A DNA stretch of 64,000 nucleotides, from NCBI GenBank assembly GCA_964387825.1, contig CAYLWZ010000003.1, forward strand, positions 2,267-66,266, written 5' to 3'. Of the stretch, positions 51,807-59,969 are shown one piece after another. Position 1 is the stretch's first letter. Every line of letters begins with the position of its first letter. The notes under the pieces were generated by a model. The model was not told the DNA's origin and ran no database searches. It worked only from the letters and a program-made list of their open reading frames with translations. This DNA comes from an uncultured Candidatus Saccharibacteria bacterium (GTDB taxonomy: Bacteria > Patescibacteriota > Minisyncoccia > Minisyncoccales > GWA2-38-27). The translations under genes and the position numbers were made by a program.

Positions 51807-53969
51807 ATGATAATAACTCTGCCAATAATTCTGCCCTTGATAAGCGCTGTATTAGTTTTCGGCTTAGGTGTTTTTGTTTATTTCAAGAATAAAAAATCAC
51901 TGCTTAATATTATTTTCGGCTTGCATTCGTTAGTAATCACTGTCTGGTTGTTTGGCACTTTTATGATGTTTTTGAGCAAAGATGCCGAAGAAATGGCGAT
52001 TTTTTGGGACAGGTTTATTTATATAGGAGTAGTTTTTATTCCTATTTTTTTATACCATTTTAGTATCGTTTATTGTAATATAAAAACTCAAGATAAGATC
52101 ATTGTTTTAGGTTATCTTTTATCTTTTATCTTTTTAATATTAAGCCGTACGGATTATTTTGTCAGCGGTTTATTTAAATATCAGTGGGGTGTTCACACCC
52201 AAGCCAGATTATTTCATCATATTTTCCTTGCTTATTTTGCTTCCTATGTTTTTCTTTGGTTTTATAACGTCTATCAATATTATCGCAAGATAACAAGTTC
52301 ATTAGCCAAACAACAGACCAAATATGTTTTTTTAGCTTTTCTTTTGTTGTTTACTATTGGTCCACTTGCTTATCTTCCTGCTTATGGTATTGGGATTTAT
52401 CCCTTTGCTTATGTTTCAGGATTACTCTTTACCATTATCCTTGCTTACGCCATTCTTAGATACCGGTTGATGGATATTCGGGTGGCGATTAAGAGAACCA
52501 CGGTTTTTTCGGCAATAGTTGTTGTCATTACAGCTGCGTATACTTTAGCAGCTTTTTTGTTGGGCTGGGTTATTTTCGGCGGCGTTTATACTTTTAGAAC
52601 TCAAATCATTACCGGCTTGATTGTCGCTTTTCTGGTGGCAATTGGTTTTAGACCCCTTTACGACTGGATAAGGAGAACGACCGACACATTTCTATTTAAA
52701 GGCGAGTACAGGCCCCAAGAGTTAATGGCTGATGTTTCCGATGTTTTGTCACGGACATTGGATTTGGATACGGTCATTGACACTTTAAAAAAGCAAATCA
52801 GCCGGGCTTTGCGAATAGAGAATATGCGGGTAATTATATTGGAAGAAGACAGCGCGCCCTGGAGAGGATATTCGTCCAAGGAAAAACGGGATGCTCTTAG
52901 ACAAATCATCGCTTATTTCAAAAAGCAGAGAGAAACAGTGGTTTTGGAAGAAATCAAGAGAAAGCAAGCCGAGAAGGTCAAATTTGAGAAAAGTTTTCTT
53001 TTAATCGCAGAATTAGAAAAGCTTAAAATGGCTTTAATGGTTCCTTTATTTCTTAAGGAAAAATTAGTCGGCTTGTTTCTTTTATCGTTTAAAAAGTCAG
53101 GCGATATGTTTACCAACGAAGACATTAAAACATTGGAAGGTATTGCTTCTCAGGCGGCTATCGCTATTGAGAATGCCCGGCTTTACGAGAAAATGAAGGA
53201 TTTTTCCAAGACACTCCAAAAAGAGGTTAAACGTCAGACCAAGAATTTGAAAGAAGCCAATATTCGCCTCCGGCAATTAGATAAAGCCAAATCAGAATTT
53301 GTCTCTCTTGCTTCTCATCAATTAAGGACGCCTTTAACTGCCATCAAAGGGTATATTTCCATGCTTTTGGAAGGCACTTGGGGGAACCTTAAAGAGGAGC
53401 AGAAAAAGCCCTTGAAAAAGGTGTATTTAAGCAACGAGCGGTTAATTAAATTAGTTGAGGACTTGCTGACTGTTTCTCGGATTGAATCAGGCCGTTTAAA
53501 ATTTGATTTTCGGCCATTGGACTTAGACAAATTAGTTGAAAGTATGGTTAAAGAACTTAATCAGATAGCAAAAAGCAAAGGGCTTTACTTGAAATATATC
53601 AAACCTAAAAAACCGTTTCCAAAAGTTAAGGCGGATTCCTTGAAAATCAGGCAGGTTATCCAGAACTTGATTGAAAACAGTATCCTTTATACTGAGAAAG
53701 GAGGGGCGACTATTCGGTTTCAAGCGGAAAAAGACAAGGTGATATTCAGCGTTGAAGACACAGGAATCGGTATTTCTCTCCAGGACCAGGCAGTTCTTTT
53801 TGAAAAATTCTCTCGCGGCAAAGGAATGGCTAAGATATATACCGAAGGAACCGGCCTTGGGCTATATTTGGCCGCTAAATTAGTTAAAGCCCATCATGGC
53901 AGAATTTGGGTGAAATCTGCGGGAAAAAACAAAGGAAGCACCTTTTACGTAGAACTGCCGGTGGGATAG
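51807..53969 (+). CDS. Sensor histidine kinase (N-terminal ~7-TM domain, GAF-like region, HisKA, HATPase_c)
   Basis: H-box SEFVSLASHQLRTPLTAIKGY, N box QNLIENSILYT, G1 VEDTGIGI, G2 GTGLGLYLA. Seven or more N-terminal hydrophobic helices. Confidence 0.9.
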   Translation: MIITLPIILPLISAVLVFGLGVFVYFKNKKSLLNIIFGLHSLVITVWLFGTFMMFLSKDAEEMAIFWDRFIYIGVVFIPIFLYHFSIVYCNIKTQDKIIVLGYLLSFIFLILSRTDYFVSGLFKYQWGVHTQARLFHHIFLAYFASYVFLWFYNVYQYYRKITSSLAKQQTKYVFLAFLLLFTIGPLAYLPAYGIGIYPFAYVSGLLFTIILAYAILRYRLMDIRVAIKRTTVFSAIVVVITAAYTLAAFLLGWVIFGGVYTFRTQIITGLIVAFLVAIGFRPLYDWIRRTTDTFLFKGEYRPQELMADVSDVLSRTLDLDTVIDTLKKQISRALRIENMRVIILEEDSAPWRGYSSKEKRDALRQIIAYFKKQRETVVLEEIKRKQAEKVKFEKSFLLIAELEKLKMALMVPLFLKEKLVGLFLLSFKKSGDMFTNEDIKTLEGIASQAAIAIENARLYEKMKDFSKTLQKEVKRQTKNLKEANIRLRQLDKAKSEFVSLASHQLRTPLTAIKGYISMLLEGTWGNLKEEQKKPLKKVYLSNERLIKLVEDLLTVSRIESGRLKFDFRPLDLDKLVESMVKELNQIAKSKGLYLKYIKPKKPFPKVKADSLKIRQVIQNLIENSILYTEKGGATIRFQAEKDKVIFSVEDTGIGISLQDQAVLFEKFSRGKGMAKIYTEGTGLGLYLAAKLVKAHHGRIWVKSAGKNKGSTFYVELPVG

Positions 53970-54021
53970 TTTGACATAAAGTTAATTTTTGAATAAAATA
54001 AAAATAGAAAAAGTAGAAAAA

Positions 54022-54084
54022 GTAGGGACGTTTCCGACTTTTAAATTAAAAAGAGGAAGCGGAAAAAGTCAAAAACGTCCTTAC
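54022..54084. repeat. Palindromic repeat family B, second copy, between the kinase and response-regulator genes
   Basis: gtagggacgtttccgactttt ... aaaagtcaaaaacgtccttac. Confidence 0.65.
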
Positions 54085-54095
54085 TCTTCTTTCTT

Positions 54096-54500
54096 ATGGC
54101 TGACTTAGGAAAAAATATTTTGCTTATTGAAGACGATTTGCCGATAATTGATGTCTACAAAACCGCTTTTGCCAAAGCCAGCCATTTTGAAGTGAAAGTG
54201 ATAATCTCGGGCAGAGAAGCTCTAAAAGAAGTAAAAAAGATACGGGATGGCAAAGCCGAAAAGCCGGATTTGGTTCTGCTTGACCTTATCCTGCCTGATA
54301 TAAACGGCATTGAGGCCTTAAAAGAAATAAGGCGATATAAGGAAACTAAAAATATCCCTGTCTTTATCCTGACTAATTATCAAAGCGAGAAATTAGAAAA
54401 AAAGGGACGCGAATTTAAAGCCGAAGAATATATCATCAAGACAAATTGCCTGCCCAGTCGGCTGGTGAAATTAATTAAAGAAAGATTAAGCGAAGAATAA
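54096..54500 (+). CDS. Single-domain response regulator (CheY-like receiver)
   Basis: ILLIEDD, phospho-acceptor context DLVLLDLILPDINGIE, conserved T (PVFILTN) and K (IIKT). Confidence 0.88.
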   Translation: MADLGKNILLIEDDLPIIDVYKTAFAKASHFEVKVIISGREALKEVKKIRDGKAEKPDLVLLDLILPDINGIEALKEIRRYKETKNIPVFILTNYQSEKLEKKGREFKAEEYIIKTNCLPSRLVKLIKERLSEE

Positions 54501-54593
54501 AGAGAAAAATAAGTTTTACATAGATGGCTTCCAAGATAAATATTTTTATGGTGCAATACCAAAAGATACCAATATAATATAAATGTAAAAAGT

Positions 54594-54914
54594 ATGAAAC
54601 AAGAGGTATTAGAAAAGCGAATAAGAGAAAATTTAGAAATTCAGGCCAAAAAAATGGCTTTATTGTTATATGATTCAACTATGCCTGATGATATCAAAGA
54701 GGCCTGGATTGCTTTATTGCCCTGGATGTCCTTAGGACAGATGGATAAGTTGCTTAATATCCTGGAAGCGAAATATTTAGACGGACAGACCAAAGATATT
54801 GATGAGAAATATAAAGATAAACTGAAGGAAGTGGCGGAGAAATTTGAAAAAGAGCAATACGAGAATGATAAAAAATTATTAGAGCAAATCAATAAATTAA
54901 AAAAGATATTATGA
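54594..54914 (+). CDS. Hypothetical coiled-coil protein
   Basis: ATGA overlap with the following large gene; no motif recognised. Confidence 0.4.
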   Translation: MKQEVLEKRIRENLEIQAKKMALLLYDSTMPDDIKEAWIALLPWMSLGQMDKLLNILEAKYLDGQTKDIDEKYKDKLKEVAEKFEKEQYENDKKLLEQINKLKKIL

Positions 54915-57577
54915 AAGGAGCAAGCGCTGAAAAATTTGAGAACCAAGAAGAGGAGCCGAAAGAAGAGTTGGAAACGGAAAAAGAGCAAGAAATAGAAGAA
55001 ACTCCTAAATTGGGTTTCGCGAAATTAGGTGTAAACGAAGAATTATTGGAGAGAACCGCTAAGGGGCTTGACGAAGAACAGGTAAACGTCATAGAAAAGA
55101 AATTATTAAAATGGCAGGATAGAAAAAAGGAGGGAAGTTTGAGAAAGGGAGAGGAGAATATTGAAGAGTTGATGGGAGAATGGAAAACAATACAAGAACG
55201 GAAGAGAGAAAGAGAGCGGTTAAAAAAGGGAGGGATGGCTTGGCAGATAGGTAAAACTATGTTGAGCACGGTCGGTTCTATTGCCGGTGTCAAAAGTTTT
55301 TACGATGTCCCGGAATATTTTAGAGAAAGGTTTAATGTCCGGGGAATGTTCGGGAAAGGCAAAGGAGTTGAGGGCTCTATAGAAGAATTGTTGTCTGCTT
55401 CGCAGCAAGCGCGGGAGGGATTTGGAGAGCCGGAAGAAAAAACAGAACATAATGAACCGAGACCTGCCCGCATTGCTACGCAAAGCGTTGCAGGCGGGCC
55501 TGAAACAAGGAAAGCCATTGAAGATTTAAACAAAAGATTAAAATTGACCAAAGAAGGCAGTCAAAAGGGTTCAGGGCAAAGAAAGTTAATCGCTAAGTTG
55601 CTGATGGAAAACAGGCAAAAAGAAAAATGGAGCAAAGAGGAAAGAAGCGGAGAAATAACCAAGATATTGGACGAATATACTACTACTAAAATAACCGGTG
55701 TTCAAGCTGCCCGCGAGGCGTTGAATAGTTTTTTCGTCGCTTCCGGCGCTTACGGCTTACGGGGCATTTCTTACGGCCTGATGGATGGGGTGGAACGGGC
55801 GTCAAGATTAAAGAAAGAGGCAAAAAAGCAGGGGGAAAAGGCGCGCTTATTTAGAGATGTTATCGCCGGAGGGGTCAAAGACACTTTTTTAGGGGCTTTT
55901 GGAAAAGGCAAAGAAAAAACAAAAAAAGAAAAGGCCTTGTCAGTCGTTAAATCTTGGGGCAGGATAGTCAGATATTTGGGCATAGCGGCTATGGTTGAGT
56001 GGCATCCGGAAACAGCCGGCAATGCGATTGATAAAGCCATTGACGCTTTTGAAGGCAAGGTTAGTTTTGGCGATGTGGCTGAGAATTTTAAGGGCAATAT
56101 TGAACGGTTGGCCGGATTTTACGGCGGGTTGATTAAAAAAGGACTGGATTGGACCGGCGTGTCAAAAGTATGGACAGGCGAAGGAGAAGAAGGATTGGGG
56201 GGAGAAGTGATAACAATGCCAATAACAAAAGAGGGAGTAATTCCCGAGGCGCCGGAAGCAGAAATGCCTCCTGAGGCGCCGGCAGCGGAGCCGTTTCAGA
56301 TAGCCGAAAACGTGAGTGTTAAGAAAGGAGATTCAATTTGGACCGTTGCCGAAAAATATCTAAGAGGCAATAAAACTTACGAGGAATTAAGCAAAGTCGG
56401 CGATAAAGATGCGGCCGAGGCGTTAGAGACATATAATATTGACAGAGTTAAGGATACTATTTTGGCCCATCCTCAGAATTATGGCTTGCCGGAGGACATT
56501 GACGTTGATAAGTTAACCGTTGGACAGCTTAAGGAAATTAACTGGGAAAAAGCGTTTAGCAACACTTATCCGGAAGGCAAGGGCCTGACCGTCGGACTGC
56601 CCAAAGAGAATATTGAAAATATTGTTAAAAACAATGAAACTTTAAGGACGTTTTTCCAGGAGCATCCAGACGCTCCCCGGACTGGCGAGAATTATGAAGC
56701 GATAATAAAGGGAAGCGGTATGACCGAGGCAGGAGAAGAGGTATCCTTTGAAGAAGCAAAAAAGTTAGAAGAAATAACCAATTTAACAAGAACCTATCAG
56801 GCTAAGGGAATTCTCTTAGGGCGCGGATTAACGCTGGGCGAAACAGAGGTCTGGCTGAATAAAGACCCAAGTCTGGAGAAAATATTAAGCGAAATACCCA
56901 AAGACGAAAATAAGGCCTGGGAAATATGGAGAGGAGATGAAACACCTGACTTGCCTCATCATGGGATGTATAGCAGCAGAGAATTTGGCCGGCAATTAGA
57001 CCTGGCTCAATGGCTTCGGGAGCAGAACCCGACTGGAGCGGAAATGAAAATGGGCATTAAAGAATATTTGGAGAAAGTTGAGCCAACGGCCGGGGTGAAT
57101 AGAGTAGGGGTTGCGGAAGTTCTTCCTTCCTCGGGAAAAATAGAGGGAGGGTTGTCCAAAGAAGGATTGCCGTTAGACCAAGAAGCAGCCAAGTCTTCAT
57201 TGGCAGAACAAATAAACGCATTAAGAGAAATGAAAGCCGAGACCATAGCAGCGGAGAATTCTGGTTTGACTTCAAGCGAATATGAAGCAATCAAAGATGT
57301 AAAAGTTGGTAAATTACTTAAGGAGATTTCCTCAAAAGATAAGGCCTGGGAAATATGGAGAGGGGATAAAATACCCGACTTGCCTCATTATGGGACGTAT
57401 GGCAGCAGAGAATTTGGCCGGCAGATTAAATTAGCCGAATATCTTCGCAAAGCATTACCCTTGATTGACAAAAGCCCTGAAGCCAAGGGCATGGCCATTA
57501 AAGATATTTTAGGAACAATTATTAGGCCAGAAGGCGAGGCGGGAAAAGGAGTTATTCATAACATTGATTTGCCGTAA
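54911..57577 (+). CDS. Large hypothetical protein with internal ~40-aa duplication and a LysM-like segment
   Basis: KAWEIWRGDETPDLPHHGMYSSREFGRQLDLAQWLRE and KAWEIWRGDKIPDLPHYGTYGSREFGRQIKLAEYLRK. VSVKKGDSIWTVAEKYL. Carries the GC-rich motif at 55462-55498 in frame (PRPARIATQSVAGGP). Confidence 0.5.
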   Translation: MKGASAEKFENQEEEPKEELETEKEQEIEETPKLGFAKLGVNEELLERTAKGLDEEQVNVIEKKLLKWQDRKKEGSLRKGEENIEELMGEWKTIQERKRERERLKKGGMAWQIGKTMLSTVGSIAGVKSFYDVPEYFRERFNVRGMFGKGKGVEGSIEELLSASQQAREGFGEPEEKTEHNEPRPARIATQSVAGGPETRKAIEDLNKRLKLTKEGSQKGSGQRKLIAKLLMENRQKEKWSKEERSGEITKILDEYTTTKITGVQAAREALNSFFVASGAYGLRGISYGLMDGVERASRLKKEAKKQGEKARLFRDVIAGGVKDTFLGAFGKGKEKTKKEKALSVVKSWGRIVRYLGIAAMVEWHPETAGNAIDKAIDAFEGKVSFGDVAENFKGNIERLAGFYGGLIKKGLDWTGVSKVWTGEGEEGLGGEVITMPITKEGVIPEAPEAEMPPEAPAAEPFQIAENVSVKKGDSIWTVAEKYLRGNKTYEELSKVGDKDAAEALETYNIDRVKDTILAHPQNYGLPEDIDVDKLTVGQLKEINWEKAFSNTYPEGKGLTVGLPKENIENIVKNNETLRTFFQEHPDAPRTGENYEAIIKGSGMTEAGEEVSFEEAKKLEEITNLTRTYQAKGILLGRGLTLGETEVWLNKDPSLEKILSEIPKDENKAWEIWRGDETPDLPHHGMYSSREFGRQLDLAQWLREQNPTGAEMKMGIKEYLEKVEPTAGVNRVGVAEVLPSSGKIEGGLSKEGLPLDQEAAKSSLAEQINALREMKAETIAAENSGLTSSEYEAIKDVKVGKLLKEISSKDKAWEIWRGDKIPDLPHYGTYGSREFGRQIKLAEYLRKALPLIDKSPEAKGMAIKDILGTIIRPEGEAGKGVIHNIDLP

Positions 57578-57600
57578 TAAATAAATTCTATGAAAAAAAG

Positions 57601-57630
57601 ACCCCGAGAAGAGAAATTCTTCTCGGGGTT
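57601..57630. terminator. Bidirectional terminator between convergent genes
   Basis: ccccgagaag / cttctcgggg 10-bp stem flanked by aaaaaaag and tttgttgtttattttttt. Confidence 0.8.
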
Positions 57631-57636
57631 TGTTGT

Positions 57637-58218
57637 TTATTTTTTTGCCGCTAATGCCGCTGGATTGCGGCAGCCGATAATGGCTACCCTGCGGTTATTT
57701 TTATAACCGCCGAAACGGGATGTTTCTCCTCCGGAGACCGTTAGGACCCCGGTTAAGTAAAGACCCTTATTTTTCAGATAGATTTTAACCGACTCGGCCC
57801 TTCGTAGGGCTAAGGATTGGTTATACCCGCTTTTCCCCCGAACATCGGCGTAGCCGACGATCTTTTTGATACTTACACCCTCTTTTTTAAGCGCCTCTAT
57901 TAAGACATCTAGTTGCTCCTTTACCTTTTCCGGCAAAGTGGAACTGTCGGTTGAAAAAGAGGCGGTCCAGAGAGCGTAAATCTGAGGAGCGGCAAAGGCC
58001 GTTTTGTCCTCAATTTCTCCGAGCCGGGGTCTAATCTTATTGATGGTGGCTCGCAGCCAGGAGATTTTTACTTCATGGCTTTTGATGACTTTCTCATCAA
58101 GAGTCAATCTCCCTTCAATCCTATTCAATCTGGTTTCTATCTTCTGAAACCTGCTTGTGCTGGCGCATCCAGCCGTCAGCAAAATCACTCCTATTACTAC
58201 TACCATCATTTTTCTCAT
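57637..58218 (-). CDS. OmpA-family peptidoglycan-binding lipoprotein
   Basis: Lipobox LLTAGC. OmpA_C motif GYADVRGKSGYNQSLALRRAESVKIYL. Confidence 0.85.
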   Translation of the reverse strand: MRKMMVVVIGVILLTAGCASTSRFQKIETRLNRIEGRLTLDEKVIKSHEVKISWLRATINKIRPRLGEIEDKTAFAAPQIYALWTASFSTDSSTLPEKVKEQLDVLIEALKKEGVSIKKIVGYADVRGKSGYNQSLALRRAESVKIYLKNKGLYLTGVLTVSGGETSRFGGYKNNRRVAIIGCRNPAALAAKK

Positions 58219-58516
58219 CTTTTCTATCCTCCTTATAAATTAAAGTTTTTAAAAAACTAATTTTACAAGATTTTGCAAGGCAAAACCTTACGCCTTTGTT
58301 CTTTTTCCTAAGAATAACATATTATATGAATTTTGTCAACTTATCAGGGGCTAATTAATCCCCCATTAACTATTTTGCTCTTTTACGTTGCGGTTATGCC
58401 GATTCATTTATATTCTCCTGTTTTCCTGTTGCCGCCTTTTGAAAATTAGGCTGTGAAAAATATTGTTGTCTGTCTGTTTTCATTATGATATACTTAAATC
58501 AAGAGCGTTGAATAAT

Positions 58517-58996
58517 ATGGAAGAAAAATCTTCTGACAAATATCAGGAACCGATTAAAAATAAACAAGAATCTTCTGTTTCGGAGGAGGAGATTCAAACA
58601 GAAAAAGAAAAACCTTTTTCAAATAAAGAGGAAATTTTAGAATTGGAAAAAAAATTGGCGGAGAAAAAAACAGAAGCGATAGAGGATGAAAAAATTGAGA
58701 AAGAACAAAACAAAGGAAGAGAGCCGGCGAAAAAAGAAGAGGGAGAAAAAGAATCTGCTTCAACCACGCCTCCCGTTTCGGCTCAAACTAAAGAAACAGT
58801 TAAACGGCTTAAAAGTTTAGACCGGACAAGCCAGGTCAAAGCGCTTTGCGGTTTAGCTTTTGAAAAAGGGTTGGGTTTTGCCATTGAAGAAGCCAGGCGC
58901 CTGAACAGCCCTTATATTTTAGATGAATTCCATGACAAATTGGTTGACGAATTCTATAAAAAATTAATTGAGGAAAACAAATTAAAACGATTTTGA
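58517..58996 (+). CDS. Hypothetical Glu/Lys-rich protein
   Basis: Start moved to MEEKSSDKYQ (58517). Low-complexity acidic N-terminal half, helical C-terminal ~60 aa. Confidence 0.4.
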   Translation: MEEKSSDKYQEPIKNKQESSVSEEEIQTEKEKPFSNKEEILELEKKLAEKKTEAIEDEKIEKEQNKGREPAKKEEGEKESASTTPPVSAQTKETVKRLKSLDRTSQVKALCGLAFEKGLGFAIEEARRLNSPYILDEFHDKLVDEFYKKLIEENKLKRF

Positions 58997-59016
58997 AATA
59001 TTAGCATTATAGTATT

Positions 59017-59760
59017 ATGTATGAAGGAGAAGAAAGAATGCCAATTGAACAGCCAGTAGAAGAAATTGAAGAAGAAAAATCAGAGTCAATGTCTCCGGAA
59101 AATTTCGAGGGCTTGAAAAAATTTGTCAAAGAAACCTATCAAGATAAAGGGCCTAATCCGGAATTAATAGAAAAATTTAATGAGCATAATGAAGCGGTTT
59201 TGGATTATGCCCGGCAATTGGCTTCTCAGGAAGAAATAAGCCCTCAGGAGTCATCCGCTCTGAAAGCAGCTGTTATTTTGCATGATGTTTCTAAATTTGA
59301 CGCGCCTCTTGTTAAACACGGCTGGGAAAGCGCCAAGATAGCCGAAGAAAAATTAAAAGAGATGGGAAAAGACAAAGAATTTATTAAGGCGGTTAAATCG
59401 GCTATTGAACGGCATATGGGGCCTATTCCCGGATTTATGGATGAGGAAGCAAAAAAGTGGGAAGAAAAAACCGGTGAAAAAATAGAGTTTCCCAGACCGG
59501 AAACAGAAGTTGACAAAATACTTTATGACGCTGATATGCTTTGTTTGATAGATAAAAAGGGAATAGAAAAAATATTGCGTCTTAGAAAAGATGTTGAGCA
59601 ATTTATTAAAGAAGACAAAGAAAGGGCGGAAAAAGAAGGTATCACCCAGGAAGAAGCCGCTCTCCAGTCGGCTTTGAAGAGTGCCCGGCAGGCGGCAGAA
59701 TCTCTCTACACCGAATCAGCCCGAAAGAAAGCAGAACAACTTTTAAAATTGAGAGAGTAG
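59017..59760 (+). CDS. HD-domain phosphohydrolase
   Basis: H..HD motif context AAVILHDVSKF, later ERHMG and YDADML. Confidence 0.7.
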   Translation: MYEGEERMPIEQPVEEIEEEKSESMSPENFEGLKKFVKETYQDKGPNPELIEKFNEHNEAVLDYARQLASQEEISPQESSALKAAVILHDVSKFDAPLVKHGWESAKIAEEKLKEMGKDKEFIKAVKSAIERHMGPIPGFMDEEAKKWEEKTGEKIEFPRPETEVDKILYDADMLCLIDKKGIEKILRLRKDVEQFIKEDKERAEKEGITQEEAALQSALKSARQAAESLYTESARKKAEQLLKLRE

Positions 59761-59787
59761 AACAATCGCCTCGCTGCGAAAAATATT

Positions 59788-59948
59788 AAACCTAATGCGT
59801 AATAATTTTTCGTTACGAAACGCAGAAATTTTGAGCGAAAATTATGAAGAACGAGGAAACGTATATGATAATATACGTTGACGAGTTCTGAACAATTTGC
59901 AGCCAAAATTTCAAAGTTGAGTAGAAAGGATTATTACGCATTAGGTTT
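59788..59948. repeat. 19-bp perfect inverted repeat (aaacctaatgcgtaataat / attattacgcattaggttt) enclosing 123 nt
   Basis: Arms at 59788-59806 and 59930-59948. Internal palindrome aacgtatat-gat-aatatacgtt. Lies just upstream of the coupling-protein gene. Confidence 0.7.
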
Positions 59949-59969
59949 ATTATTCAACACCCTCAAATT

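Noticed and set aside
56915-57445. Diversity-generating retroelement (template/variable repeat pair) in the 888-aa gene
   Set aside because: Differences between the two copies involve all nucleotide types rather than being confined to adenines of one copy. No reverse transcriptase gene is present.
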